Shown: in pieces, positions 12,201 to 26,220 of the stretch
Numbering within the stretch: the first letter of the stretch is position 1
How the letters are laid out: each line of letters starts with the position of its first letter
Origin: the human T2T-CHM13v2.0 reference genome, Homo sapiens
Assembly: GCF_009914755.1 (NCBI RefSeq)
Contig: NC_060947.1
Strand: one strand, 5' to 3'
DNA: 64,000 bases
Program-made: the position numbers and the translations under genes
Notes under the pieces: model-generated
The model's database searches: none
The model's input: only the letters and a program-made list of their open reading frames with translations
What the model was told of the DNA's origin: nothing

Positions 12201-14722
12201 AAGGATACCTTGTTTCATTGCACTCTGGTTTATTGGTGCTTTATAGATACTGCACTTTCTACAAATTGAAGGTTTGTGCCAACTCCACATCAAGCAATCT
12301 GTCAGCACCATTTTTTCAACAGCATGTGCTCATTTCGTGTTTCTGTGTCATATTTTTCATTATTATTATTATATCTGTTATGGTGATGTGTGATCAGTAA
12401 TCTTTGATGTTACTATTGGAATTGTTTGATGTTACTATTGCAATTGTTTTGGGCTGTCATGAACCACACATATAAGATGGCAAACTTAATTGATAAATGT
12501 TGTGTGTGTTCTGACTGCTGTACCAACTAGCCATTCCCTCATGTCTCTCCCTTTCCTCAGGCTCCCCTGTTCCTTGAGACATAACAATATTGAAATCAGG
12601 CCAATTAATAACCCTACAGTAGCCTGCAAGTGTTCAAGTTAAAGGAAGAGTTGTACATCTCTCACTTTAAATTGAAAGCCAGAAATAATTAAGTTTGGTA
12701 CGGAAGGCATGTTGAAAGCTGAGATAGGCCAAAAACTAGACCTCTTGTGCCAAACAGTTCGCCAAACTGTGACTACAAAGGAAAAGCTCTTGAAGGAAAT
12801 TAAAAGTGCTACTCCAGGAAACACACAAACGATAAGAAAGTGAAACAGCCTTATTACTGATATGGAGAAAGTTTGAGTGGTCTGGATAGAAGATCAAACC
12901 AGCCACAACATTCCGTTAAGCCAAAGCCTAATCCAGAGCAAGACTCTTAACTCTCTTAAATTCTGCGAAGGCTGAGAAAAGTGAGGAAGCTGCAGATAAA
13001 ACGTTTGAAGCTAGCAGGGATTAGTTTGTGAGGCTTAAGGAAAGATGCTGTCTCCATAACATGAAAGTACAAGGTAAAGCGGCAAGTGCTAATGGAAAAG
13101 CTGCAGCAAATTATCCAGAAGACCTAGCTAAGATCACTGATGAAGATGACTACACTAAACCGCAGATTTTCAGTGTAGACTAACCTTCAATTGGAAGAAG
13201 ATGCCATCTAGGACTTTCATAGCTAGAGAAGAAAAGTCAATGCCTGGCTTCAAAGCTTGAAAGGACAGGCTGACTCTCTTTTTTGGAGTTAATGCAGCTG
13301 GCGACTTTAAGTTAAGGCTAATGCTCATTTGCCATTCCACAACTTCTAGAGCCCTTAAGAATTATGCTAACTCTACTCTGCTTGTGCTCTAGGAATGGAA
13401 CCACAAAGCCTGGATGACAGTACATCTGTTTACAGCATGGTTTACTGAATATTTTAAGCACACTGTTGAGACTTATATTCAGGAAAAATAGATTCCTTTC
13501 AAAATATTACTGCCCATTGACAATGTACCTGGTCACCCAAGTGCTCTGAGGGAGATGTACAAGGAGACTAATATTGTTTTCATGCCCGTTAACACAAAAT
13601 TTGTTCTGCAGCCCAGTGATCAATGAGTAATTTTGACTTCCAAGTCTCATTATTTAAGGAATTTGGCTGATCTGAAGGTAGTGAGTTATCTCAATTGATT
13701 GTTCACAGTCAGTTAGAGATTGAATTTCTTGTTCTACTCTTTTCCACATTCTCAGTACTACACTTGACTAGTTTTAAAAAAAGAGATATATTTTGTATGG
13801 TTATAGCTGCTATAGAGAGTGATTCCTCTGATGAATTTGGGCAAAGTAAATGGCAAACCTTCTGGAAAGGATTCACCATTCTAGATGCCATTAAGAACAT
13901 TGATGACTTATGGGAGGATGTCAAAATGTCATTAACAGGAGTTTAGAAGAAGTTGATTCCAACCCTCATAGATGGCTTTGAGAGGTTCAAGACTTCAGTG
14001 CAGGAAGTAACTGCAGATGTTGTGGAAATAGCAAGAGAGCTAGACTTAGTGGAGCCTTAAGATGGGACTGAATTGCCGCAATCTCATCATCAAACTTGAA
14101 TGGATTAAGGGTTGCTTCTTATGGATGAGCAAATAAAGTGGTTTCTTGAGATAGATTCTACTCCTGGTGAAGGTGCTGTGAGCATTGTTGAAATAAAAAC
14201 AATGAATTTAGAATATGACACAAACTTAGTTGATAAAGAAGCAGCAGGGTGTGAGAGGATTGACTCCAATTTTGAAAGAAGTTCTGTGAGTAAAATACTA
14301 TCAAACAGCATCACATGCTACAGAGAAATCTTTCATGAAAGAGTCAGTCAACACAGCAAACTTCATTGTTGTCTTATTTTGAAACATTGCCACAGCCACC
14401 CCAGCCTTCAGCAACCACCACCTTGATGAGTCAGCATCCATCAACATGGAGGCAAGACCCTCCACCAGCAGAAATATGACGACTCACTAAAGGCTTAGAT
14501 GATCATTAGCATATTTTTAACAATAAAGTATTTATAAACTAAGGTATGCCATTGTTCTTTTAGACATAATGCTATTTCACACTTAATAAACTACAATATA
14601 GTATAAATGTAACTTTTATATGCACTGGGAAACCAAAAAAATTATGTGACTCATTTTATTGCAATATTAGCTTTATTGCAGTAGTCTGGAACCAAACCTG
14701 CAATATCTCTGAGGTATGTCTG
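12201..14722 (+). mobile_element. Full-length Tigger1 (TcMar-Tigger DNA transposon) with dead pogo-like transposase
   Basis: Left TIR aggataccttg and right TIR gaggtatgtctg followed by TA. Transposase remnants in the ORF track ([14 protein letters not shown]; [17 protein letters not shown]). The start codon is mutated and there are multiple stops. Confidence 0.95.
13665..13782 (+). pseudogene. Y RNA (RNY1/hY1) retrocopy with short A tail, inserted in Tigger1
   Basis: ggctgatctgaaggtagtgagttatctcaattgattgttcacagtcagttagagattgaatttcttgttctactctt...cacttgactagtttt matches recalled hY1 end to end, followed by A7. Tigger1 resumes immediately afterwards. Confidence 0.92.
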
Positions 14723-15254
14723 TACTGAGTAAATATTTGGCGAATTGTGAATGAATCAGAGTGAAACCATACTGTATTCCACATGATGTCCAATACTGAT
14801 TATCACAGGTATGCCTGCTTCTGTACGTCATTCATCAGATTGCACTGCTCCTTCCGATTTTTAGGATCTGCTGTCACTGCTGATTTATTGTAGCCATTTT
14901 ACCCTTGGCAGTGAACTGTTCCCTACCTCTACAGCTTGGGACCCAGCCCTATATCTGGGCCCATATCCTCTCATTCTCGTATTTCTTTTCTTTCCTTTCC
15001 TTCTAGTCCTGAAAGTCCTAGTCTTCTCTAATTATATACATTTTGTCTTTAGTGCCAGGAGAGAATTGTAGATAATATTGTAAAATAGATATAAAGTTTA
15101 AAGAAAATAGAAGGCTAAGTGATATCATTGCTGATAGAATTTCAAGTATTTATGTATCTTTTCTTTATATGCTCTATATTTTAAAAACTTTTTACGATAA
15201 AAGCATCCTACTTTTACAATCAGAAAAATCTTTAAGTATTGTAAAATATTACTG

Positions 15255-15369
15255 TTCAGGAAAAATAGATTCCTTTCAAAATATTACTGCCCATTGACAA
15301 TGTACCTGGTCACCCAAGTGCTCTGAGGGAGATGTACAAAGAGACTAATATTGTTTTCATGCCAGTTAA
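15255..15369 (+). repeat. 115-bp copy of Tigger1 segment 13478-13592
   Basis: 113/115 identical by manual comparison; flanked by the 17-bp direct repeat ttaagtattgtaaaata (15232-15248, 15366-15382). Confidence 0.93.
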
Positions 15370-15659
15370 GTATTGTAAAATACTTAAATATTTGATCATG
15401 GGAGTTTTTTTATACTTAATGTGATATTAAAGAACCTATGATCAGGTATTTTGCATACAGTATATTGGGAAAATGAAGTTTTAAAAAACCCAAAAGTGAA
15501 ATACTATACTAAGTGAAAGGCATTGTCTTGCTAAAATATATATATTTGACCCAGAGTTAGTTTTTTATCGCTCTTTTGAAATGTCACACTGAATGAACAA
15601 ATTTTAAGAAAAGGGCCTATGAGAATTTTGCTTAAAAATTAAAATATAGCACTACCTGT

Positions 15660-17010
15660 GAAAAAGCAGAAGGAAATGCTCTATGGAGTGATATAGAAAG
15701 ATCTCTGAATACGTTTATTGTTAAGTGAAAATAGTAAGGTTAAAAAAAACTTTAAAAAGATGAGGGAGATGGAACATATATTTTTTCTTGTATTTGCATC
15801 ACAATGGCTGGAAGGATACACAAAAAATAACATTACTTAACTCTGTAAAGTGGTAGTTCAGAGGGTTATACGTGAGGGGGTGGGGTGCACAAGGACATGA
15901 GTGGTTCTCCATGTCCCATCTACACTTTACATTTTTATTTTATTTTTATTTGAAATGGTGGGTATATATTACCAAGTAAAAAATAAACTTGAATTTCAAA
16001 AATGCTAAAAGAATACCCATATAAATTCAAGAGTCCAAACAACAATATCCACAAATTCTTCAAATATTTTTTCTGATTGTAAAAGTGGATACCTTTATTG
16101 TAAAAAGTTCTGAATATATAGAATGTATTTAAAAAGATATATAAATGTTTGAAATTCTATCAGCAATGAGATCGTTAGCCTTCTATTTTCTTTAAATTTT
16201 ATAACTGTTTTACAGTTAACATAAATACACTATTCTATCCTTAAGTTTTTACAAAATATTTTGTTCCCATATCATTAAACCTTCTTTATAAATATAAAAT
16301 TAACAGCTACATGTACCACGATTTACTTAATGATTTCCTATTTATTAACATTGAGGTTGTTTCCAGTGTTTTGCTTTGGATAACAATGTGATGAATATGT
16401 TTACAGCTAAGTCTTTGGATTTCATGGGCAGATTTTTTTCTTATGGCATCAAAAATAGTATACTGAGTATTTCAAAACCCATAAAAGACAGGAGGTAATC
16501 TGAGATGCCATTAAAATGATATTCAAATTTTATGCTAAAATTGTGGGCATTCTAGTTCCTCAAAGGTATTGAACTTGACAAGCAGCATTTGTCACAGGAG
16601 TTAACCCAGTGACAAGACTTGAAGTACTTAGTGATGGGGAAAGCTTGAGTAATGGTAGTTGGAACTTCAGGTGGATTTGAGCAAGTTGGGCCTCTGTCTT
16701 CTTATTTGTAAAATAGGAAAATTATGCAATATTCCCTCTGAAGTTAATTATATTTCAACAATTCCATTGTTTTACCATATAATGGGCAAATTCAAAGAAA
16801 TTCATCTATGAGAACCTAGATTAAAATAGTTTGCAACACTATGCAGCTGTAAGAATAAAGAACAAGGAAACACTTTATGCAGTGATATATAATGGTCTCC
16901 AGGACATATTTATTAAGTGAAAATAGTAAGACTCACAAAAGTAAATATGCTTATATTTACATAAAAATACTGAAAGGATCTATAAGAAACTAATAAAAAT
17001 GGTATCAGAA
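15660..17010. mobile_element. Old L1ME-type fragments
   Basis: Two copies of an L1ME 3'-type motif (ttaagtgaaaatagtaag at ~15721 and ~16913) in very AT-rich sequence. Boundaries uncertain. Confidence 0.45.
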
Positions 17011-17462
17011 TGGGGGGGTAATGAAGAAGAAAATCTATTTAGACAACAGAAAGAAGTTTGGGTAAATATGATTTCCTAAAATGTGATAAAATGTTGAAAA
17101 ATCAACCCCGGAGAAAATATAAATTGCTAACTCAGACAGTTTTAACTTGAATTTCTTAGTTTTCTCTATTTTGAATGAATGAAACATAAGAGATAGTTTA
17201 ATATATTAAAGATATGTATTATACAAGTATAATAGAAATTTCAGATCTATAAAATTTTAATGATAACTTTTACTAGCAAATTAAGATAAAGCTGGAAGAT
17301 CGTATCATTATAAAAATGATCTGTTACTTTTTGCATAGAATTTAGTATTCTGAAGCAATTTTTTTTTTCATTTTTAATATCAAGATAAGGTTTTCTCTGA
17401 TGGGGATATAAACAGAAAAATATTTTTATGTTCACCACCTTTCAACCAGGAAAGCTTATACA

Positions 17463-17768
<306 letters not shown>

Positions 17769-18296
17769 AGCTTATACATTTTATAACTTAAATTTTATTA
17801 ATTGTTGACAGCAATCTTCAAGATCTTACCCTCTGATGATCTTCTGTTCACTAAAGGGGACAACTTGATGTTTTTTAGAGAACCACATTCCAGCGATGTA
17901 TTGATGGATGTTTCCTTTAGGATTGTAATTTGATTATGATGCCATTAGTTCATAATTTGGCTTTCCGGTTGAGGTCATGTTGACAGGCTGAAGAATAGAG
18001 TGTTTAAGTAAGCTGATGAAACACGCATAGGAGGCAATAAAGCATCTAATCCTTCTCTACTGGTTAGTGCCTTACTTTATCTCCCTTTCATTCCGATGTG
18101 GTCATGTAAACTCCATAAACTTTCATTTATTTAGAATATAGTCATGTGTTAAAAAAGGCTAGCTATTATAGGTATATGTGCTAACATTTTTTAAAGATCA
18201 TCTGAATGCAAGAACATATATGCATAACACTATACTGGACATAATTCATAGTTTTATTGCTGGCCTACAAGTCATTTCAGATTTTTTTCTGTGTCC

Positions 18297-18607
18297 TAGA
18301 GTTGGCAAACCATAGCCTGTGGGCCAAATTCAGTCGGTTTCCTGTGTTTGTGTTAAGCTAAGAATGGTTTTTACATTTTTAAATGGTTCCCAAAAATCAG
18401 GAAGAGAATAATATTTCATGACACATGAAAATTATATGAAATTCAAATGTCACTGTCCAGAAATAAAGTTGTCTTTGGAACATAGCCATCCCCATTCATT
18501 TATGTATTGTCTACAGTTAAAACAGTAGAACTGAGTGGTTGCTACAGAGACCATATGGCCTACAAAGCCTGAAATATCTGCCCTTTGCAGAAAGTTTTCT
18601 GGCCCTG
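18297..18607. mobile_element. MER58B-like MITE
   Basis: gagttggcaaaccatagcctgtgggccaaattc...ggcctacaaagcctgaaatatctgccctttgcagaaag...ggccctg. Confidence 0.8.
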
Positions 18608-19239
18608 GTCCTATGTCATCAAATATCATCAAGTGATTCTTGTTGGAGACAGAGGGAATTACAAATGAATATGTAGATACAGATTTAGATATATACATAT
18701 TTTTACCTTTAGATAATACAACTTTGCACTTACAGATGTTTCTCTGTATAAATGTTCCCACTGTAAAGACTTCTTTCTCTTCTCAAATAGTCATTAAACA
18801 ATTTGAATAGGAATTGTGTTTTAAATATTTATATTCTCCTGCCATGCTCACTTTCTTTCCCACAAAGGAGATGTAATAGCCCACACTTGCTATGCAGGAA
18901 ATGATTAAAAGCAAACTGATAATAAATTGCGTTCCCTTTTGTCCACTGGTTGCTCTGCTGAGACAAGTGGATCCTTTGAAGGGAAGTGTGGAAACCACAC
19001 TGGAAAAGTTGGCTTACTTCAGAGGAGAGACGAAATAGAAGGGGATGTAGCCTCCTAGCCCTGCCCTTCCAGGTTATCCAGCTGCTACCTGCTTCCGTGG
19101 GAGTGGATGTCAACACACTACTACAACATGGGTCATTTATTTAGAGACACCTATACTTAGTAGGACATGTATACCCTAAATAGCTACTATGTTTTACGTG
19201 AAAAATGTCATCCTCAGTATACTTTCTTACTTTGAGTTT

Positions 19240-20121
19240 ATCAGGACATTTTAGCTGCAAGTAAATCAATGCTTGATTAAAGGGGCTTAAACAAAATATT
19301 CCTAGATATATGTGATTCCTGGATTCGGCTTCATGGACTCAGTGAAGTCAACAACAATCCAGGTGTTTTCTCTCTTCCTGCTCCATCAGCCTCAGGCTTT
19401 GTCACCTCATGGGTGTAATGTGGTTGCCACAGCTTCAGGCATCATGTCATCATATGACTGGGTTCAGAGGCATGAAGCAGGGGTGGCCAGAGCACTGTGA
19501 GCATTCTCTTTGTGAGGCTCTTTCTTTTAATCCTGGAGGGACATCTTTTCTAGAAGCTAGAATTTTCCCTTAGAGAATCTCATTGCTCAAAGTGGGTCAC
19601 ATGGTCACACCTAGCAAAGGGCAATGAAATGGTCTTCTCTGGCTCACCTTCACAGAGGCCCAAACACTCAGAATCAGGGTTCAGCAGCATGGAGGAAGAA
19701 GGGAAGAGGAGTTGAGAAAGTAATCAACCTGCTGTTCTTCTTTAATAATTTCATTTTTATTCAGAGATACACTTGGAGAACAACAACAAGGCTATTGATT
19801 GCAGAAGAAAAACATCCATCTGAATATCATACCCGTATTCTGGTAGAAATATATTATCCTTATTGCTTTATGACCAAATTGAAAGTATATTCACTAAAAT
19901 GCTGTCAGCAGCAAGTAATAGAAAACACAACAAAAAATACATTAAAGAGGAGGACAATGTTTTTATCTCACATAAGAAATCCAGAGGGCCACTTTAGGGT
20001 TGGTAAACTCGATTCAAGGTGTCTGGGTTTTGACATCTTTTTGATGTGCCATGTCAGCACGTTGGCTGAACCTCTTATCATTGTAGAATGGCTGCAATAG
20101 TTCCAGGTAGCATATCCTCAC

Positions 20122-20152
<31 letters not shown>

Positions 20153-20330
20153 ACCAAAGGTAAGGAGACGAAAGCAAGGTATGTTTTGTCCATGCCTCTT
20201 TTTTTGAGAGGGTGGAGAATTTTCTCAGAAACTTCATAGCAGAGTTCCCCAATCTTTCATTGTCCAGAATTGCACCATGTTCCATGTATTTCCTAAACCT
20301 ACCCAGTGAGAGGAATTGACATGGCTAGTT
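19240..20330. mobile_element. Diverged MaLR/ERVL LTR fragments (two pieces, with an A30 tract at 20121-20150)
   Basis: Motifs gctgcaagtaa...ggcttaaacaaa and ggtcacatggtcacacctagc resemble old MLT1 LTRs. Confidence 0.4.
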
Positions 20331-20339
20331 TAGACTTGC

Positions 20340-20571
20340 AGACATCAGCAAACTGTGATCTGCAAGCAAATCCAGCCCACCACCTGTTTTTTTAAAATAA
20401 AGTTTTATTAGAACACAGCCATCCCTATTCATCTACATATAAATTTATGGATTTATGGCTGCTTTTGCAATAAAATTACTGAGTTGAGTAGTTGCAAGTG
20501 AGACTATATGGCACATAAAGCTTAAACTATTTACTATCTGGCCCTTTACAGAAAAAGTTTGCCAACCTCTG
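20340..20571. mobile_element. MER58A-like MITE
   Basis: cagcaaact...aataaagttttattagaacacagcca...ggccctttacagaaaaagtttgccaacctctg. Confidence 0.85.
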
Positions 20572-20582
20572 TTTAAGAGTCC

Positions 20583-20784
20583 CAGTGATTCTCAGCTGGA
20601 GGACAGACGTTGTGAAATGCCCTTGGGGTGTTTTAATTGTTTATAATGATGGGGTGGAGGTCCTATTGGCATATAGTGGGAAGGGGCCAGAGATTCTAAA
20701 CATCCTAACGTGAGTAAAACAGTTTTACATTATGAAAAGTTGTCCCTCTCAAAATAGTAGTGGTCCCTCATTGACAAACACTGG
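20583..20784. mobile_element. MER20-family MITE
   Basis: cagtgattctcag...tattggcatatagtgggaaggggccagagattctaaacatccta...tgacaaacactg. Confidence 0.6.
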
Positions 20785-22939
20785 ATGCTATCAATTAGGG
20801 TCTATTTCTAGTGTGAGAGAGGGCTGCAGCTCTCCCTACCTCTGTTCCACTGCCAGCCCAGCAAATGGCCATCTGATACCTCTGCAAAATTGAGACTCTG
20901 GGAGGAAAGAAGGAGGGGAAATGACTGTTGGTTAGGCAACCAAGAGCGCTGGCTCTGGAGAGCAGAGAGGATTTGCTGAATTGATATCTCAAAAGGGGTG
21001 GTTATATGGGTACCTAATAATTACGGACTGATTCATCGGCTGGTGACAGTGGTTGCCGTAATGGGGAACAGCTCAAAATGCTGAAGTTTTACACAAGTGG
21101 GAAATGTGCTTCTCTGTGTTCCATATACTGCAGAATTTGAGTTCACAAGAACTGAAAAGGTCTTTTCATGCTTTTCTGTAATGTACAAATTATCTTCAAC
21201 AAGCATGTACTAATCGTGTGATTGAAAGTAAGTTTATAAAGATAATACACAATTAAGTAATTGAAAATAATTTTCTTGGTGTTTATGAGGAAACCAATTA
21301 AATTCTTAGACAACTTTGTTGTTCGGGTATCATGTTGAAATCATGCATTTACAATCATGCATTTCTTCTTCCTAAGCATTTTCTGACTGATTGATTAAGG
21401 TATAATATAGTTCATAATAAAAATGTCTCAGCTACTGTTTTTTCCATATCTACAGCCATAACCACAATAAATGAAGGCATGAGAATAGGTATGAGATATA
21501 TACTGAATATTCACACAAATGGGCAGGTATAGATGCTCACATGTTAAATGAATCAGATGTTTGATGATTGTAGTACTCTGATTTATTTGACCAAAACCCA
21601 CAGTAAGAAATTTGTCTTGCATTGTTACCCAGTCCACATATATAACATGTGTGTGTGCATGCACCCACATGCACAATTAAAACAGAAGTTCCACAAAATA
21701 TTGAGTTTGATAAAACCTGATTGTTTCATTTTATCCTTTTTTATATTCTGCTTATTATAGCCTATTGAAGTGGTTTCAGGACCCACATCCCCCAGTAATT
21801 TGCTGCCCATGTTTGAAAAACACGAGGGTTGTGGATGTGTGATTTGTTCCCCTTCTGGGAACTCTTCCCTCTTCTTCCTGGAACATCACTTCTTTTTTTT
21901 CCTTTGGGGACTTCTCCTTCTCCAGGTCAACCATACCTCATATACCCCAGTGGCTACTGATCATCAGACTTCAGGACCCAGGCTGAGCCAGTGAGAGCTT
22001 GGCCCCAGCATTTTATGAACTTGAGTTGACAAAGAAAGGCTTTGTTCCTCTATGGTGACAAGCCTTTAGGAATATAAGTCCAGAGCTCCCCGTAACCACA
22101 GGTGTCAGTTCCAGGGACCTCTGCCCGAGAGCTAGCATCTACTGAGGCGCTGGGTGAAAGGAGCGTTTGGGGTTCTGGATCCAGCCCTGTCAGAAGCCAG
22201 TATACCTTGGTGGGTTTACTTGTACATGCTGTTTTATTTTTTCTTAATTTATTCCAAGATGGTCTCTGTCCTGAAAGGGCTCTAAGTCATATACATTAAC
22301 CAGTACACAAATGGTTAGCCCTGGCGATGGTCATAGATTGATTCCATGATAGGATTTGATTGGCAAAGAATCTTCTCTTGCATCTGGAGTGGCCTAAGCT
22401 TTTTGAACGACACAGCCATTGCTTGGCTTAGTGAGTCAAGAGGTGTGAGTGTATTACAAGCTTATAGAAGATAAACTTACTGTGTATGTATTTGTGTGTT
22501 TGTGTGTATACACATGCTCATGTGTGTGTAGACAGAGAATGGGGAAATAAAAATCAGAAGAAAGGAGGGGGAAAAAGGAAACGTAGACAGGGAGAGATTT
22601 GTTGACAAAAATTGATATTATCATTACCCAAAAATTCCCTTTCCTCCCAAATTCTGCCTGTATTCTTTTTAGCATCTGCAGAGATTTGACTCCTAAGACT
22701 TGAGAGTGTATTCCAATTGTAAATAAACAATTTATTGTTTGAATTGGAGGTTATCAGACTGGGCTGCAAGATGAGGATGTAGGTAGAGGTTCCCAGTAGT
22801 TGTAAACATCCTACCAGAAAAAAATCTTTGTCTCTCACTTGCCTAAATGAGTACAATTGACACTGTAGACACATTGGATCTTTGAGTCTCTAAAGTACCT
22901 TGTCCAAACTTCTGTCCTTACACCAGTAACACTTCTTAT

Positions 22940-23400
22940 TTTTTAAGACTGTTCGGTGATGCATAATATTCATGTAAAAAATCATAGATGTAGACTCAAT
23001 GGATTTCCACAAACTGAATATATCTGTGACACAACTACCAAGTTCAAGAACTAGAATACAACTTGAACTCCAGTGGTCCTTCTTGGAGCTCTTCCTGAAG
23101 TTAATCACTATCCTCTTGATTTCTATCCTCTGTCTTTGAACATAATATCAATGGAATCATATAGATGTGTCTTTTTTTCACTTAAGTCATGTTTATTAGA
23201 CACATCTTTGTGTGTAGTTGTATTTCATTTATTCTCATTGCTGTATAGTATTCTACTGTATGAAGATCCCCAATCTATTCATCCATTCTACTGCTTATGT
23301 TAAACCGAGTTGCTCTGATCATTCTCATGCCTGTTTTTTGGTGATCGTATTTGTTTCTACTGAGCATATTCCTAGGAGTAGAATTGTTAGCTCTGTAATT
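22940..23400 (-). mobile_element. Old L1M fragment
   Basis: ttattctcattgctgtatagtattctactgtatgaa...atccattctactg...cctaggagtagaattg resembles reverse-strand L1M 3' sequence. Confidence 0.55.
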
Positions 23401-24606
23401 GTCTTTGATAGTCACTCCTATTTTTCTCTCCCCTCACTGGTTTGTAAATTCACTGTTATCTAACCCCTACATTTGGCAGAGAAGCTGTTGCATAGGAAGT
23501 ACACGCCTTCTTGAACAGTCCTGAAAAGGTTTTTGTGCTAGACCTATAATATTTAAGCTGGAGCAGGATACAAGTGCTCAGGCAGGCTATTGGCCAGCCC
23601 ATTTGATTTAACAAGTTAAGGTAAAGCTGCTGTACCAAAACCACTCCAAAATGTGTAATGTCTGCAATACCAAAATCCCTTATGTCCTGCTCTTGTAAGG
23701 TCTCCTCCAAGGAGTGGCACAGGGACCTAAATTTAGTCTTCAGCATGCAGCTTCAAAGACATGCATACAGCAGGCTGAGTTTGAAAGGCAGTGTGGAGTG
23801 GATGAGAAGGCTCACATGTCACTTCTGCTCACATCCCTTAGTGAGAACCTGTTCTGAGGCTAGATCTGACCGCAAGAGGCTAGGAATTGTAATTATGGGT
23901 GCCGTGAATAAGAGAAACTGGTCTGGTGACTAGCTCATCAGTCTCTGCCACAGAGATCTCCTTGGAGTTCCAAGAGCTTTCTTTAAATGCTCCTTTGAGA
24001 ACTTGTACCTTCTCAGTGTTGTGAGCTCCCCTGGGGGTGGGTAAAGTCTGGATCTTAAGGACTGTTGCCGTTTTACTATGACAGTTGCTCTAGGCTTCTG
24101 CAATATGTCTCCATGTTCTATATTCTTTTATAGAAGTCTGGCAGTAGAATATATCTCTTTTATGTTGGAGAAGATTTGGAAGATAGATATAGTGAGTTCT
24201 GATAGAATGTGACATATGCATTCTTAAAATTATGGCGCTATGCAAAATCATGCAATGAAAATCCAGGCTTACAGGGACAATGGGTGAGAGACACAACACT
24301 TAAATTACTCAAAAACTTTGTCAGTGACACATGTTTAAAAGATAAGAAGCTAATAAAAATGAGAGCACACTTCTTCACAAATTGAATGGTTAAGAAATAT
24401 GGTAAGTACTACAATACCTATGGTGCTTTCCCTTGAAAAGCCCTGAGGTTTGCTTGTGGAAGTGGGTGTGGAAAGATTTGCAGCTTGTGACTGGGAAGGG
24501 CTAGAAAGAGGGTTATCTAAACCTCCGAGGGGAAGTTGTAACACCAGATGGGAACAGGCGTGGCTCCTAACACATGCTGTGAACTGAGGTAGCTGTAGAT
24601 GTTGAG

Positions 24607-24608
<2 letters not shown>

Positions 24609-24648
<40 letters not shown>

Positions 24649-24666
24649 CTGTGTGTGCGTGCGTGT
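24609..24666. repeat. (TG)n microsatellite
   Basis: Directly visible. Confidence 0.95.
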
Positions 24667-25524
24667 ATTCCTATGCAGTTCTGTTCTGGTGAGTATGGTT
24701 TTCTGAGTTCATAGTGCTTCTCCCAGAGGAAATTGTTCATAAGCAAACACAAACTTTGCATCGTATTCAAACTGTTCCCTAATGTATTAATTCAATTGAA
24801 ATAAATTCACATTTATAAAACAAGTGTTATAGCAGAACTACCCATACCTGGATAGTGCAAGTGGTTACAGGTAGACACACTGTGGCATCTCTTTGTTGCA
24901 ATAAAGTTCTGATTAGTCCATACCTGCTTATATGTGGATATGTTAGAACCATGGTTTTGACCACTATTATTCTCAAACCAGGTAATCTACTTCTAGGTAA
25001 TTAAGAACTGACCGTAGTTTGGAATCTACTGTTGCTGGAGTAATGTGTTGATTTTGTTCTGTTTCAGGGGAGTTCCTTTGTATTTTCCGTGTAACATTTT
25101 CTCCTCATTGGTAATCAACACAACTCATAACTAACCCTTAATTCAGTGGTTCTTCTGTGGCTTTTACTCCTTTAATATATATGAAGATTGCTCTGTTTTC
25201 CTAATACTGCCCCAAGATATAATTATCTTCTTTCAGAGGAAGGCAGAAGGGTATCACATTCTTTAGAATATCCCTGTGTCAAAATAAGTCATAATTTCTG
25301 GTACAAAATAGATCAGTTTTATATTTCATTATTTGGATTGACTGTGCAATGATGTTCAGGGCTTAGAATATTAGTGTTATTATGAGTACTGGTAATAGCA
25401 ATGCTCTTTGTATTAGTAATCACCAATGATATTAGAAATGTTAGTATAATAAGGGTATTACTAATATGGTTATTAATATTAATATTAGCATTAATATTGT
25501 TACTTAATTCTACAATTTTACTAA

Positions 25525-26220
<696 letters not shown>

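Noticed and set aside
13695-14426. Transposase-like ORFs as a domesticated TIGD-type gene
   Set aside because: Start codon lost, many stops, and interrupted by the Y RNA retrocopy.
19624-20100. 158-aa ORF
   Set aside because: Overlaps diverged LTR-like sequence; no domain, splice or codon evidence.
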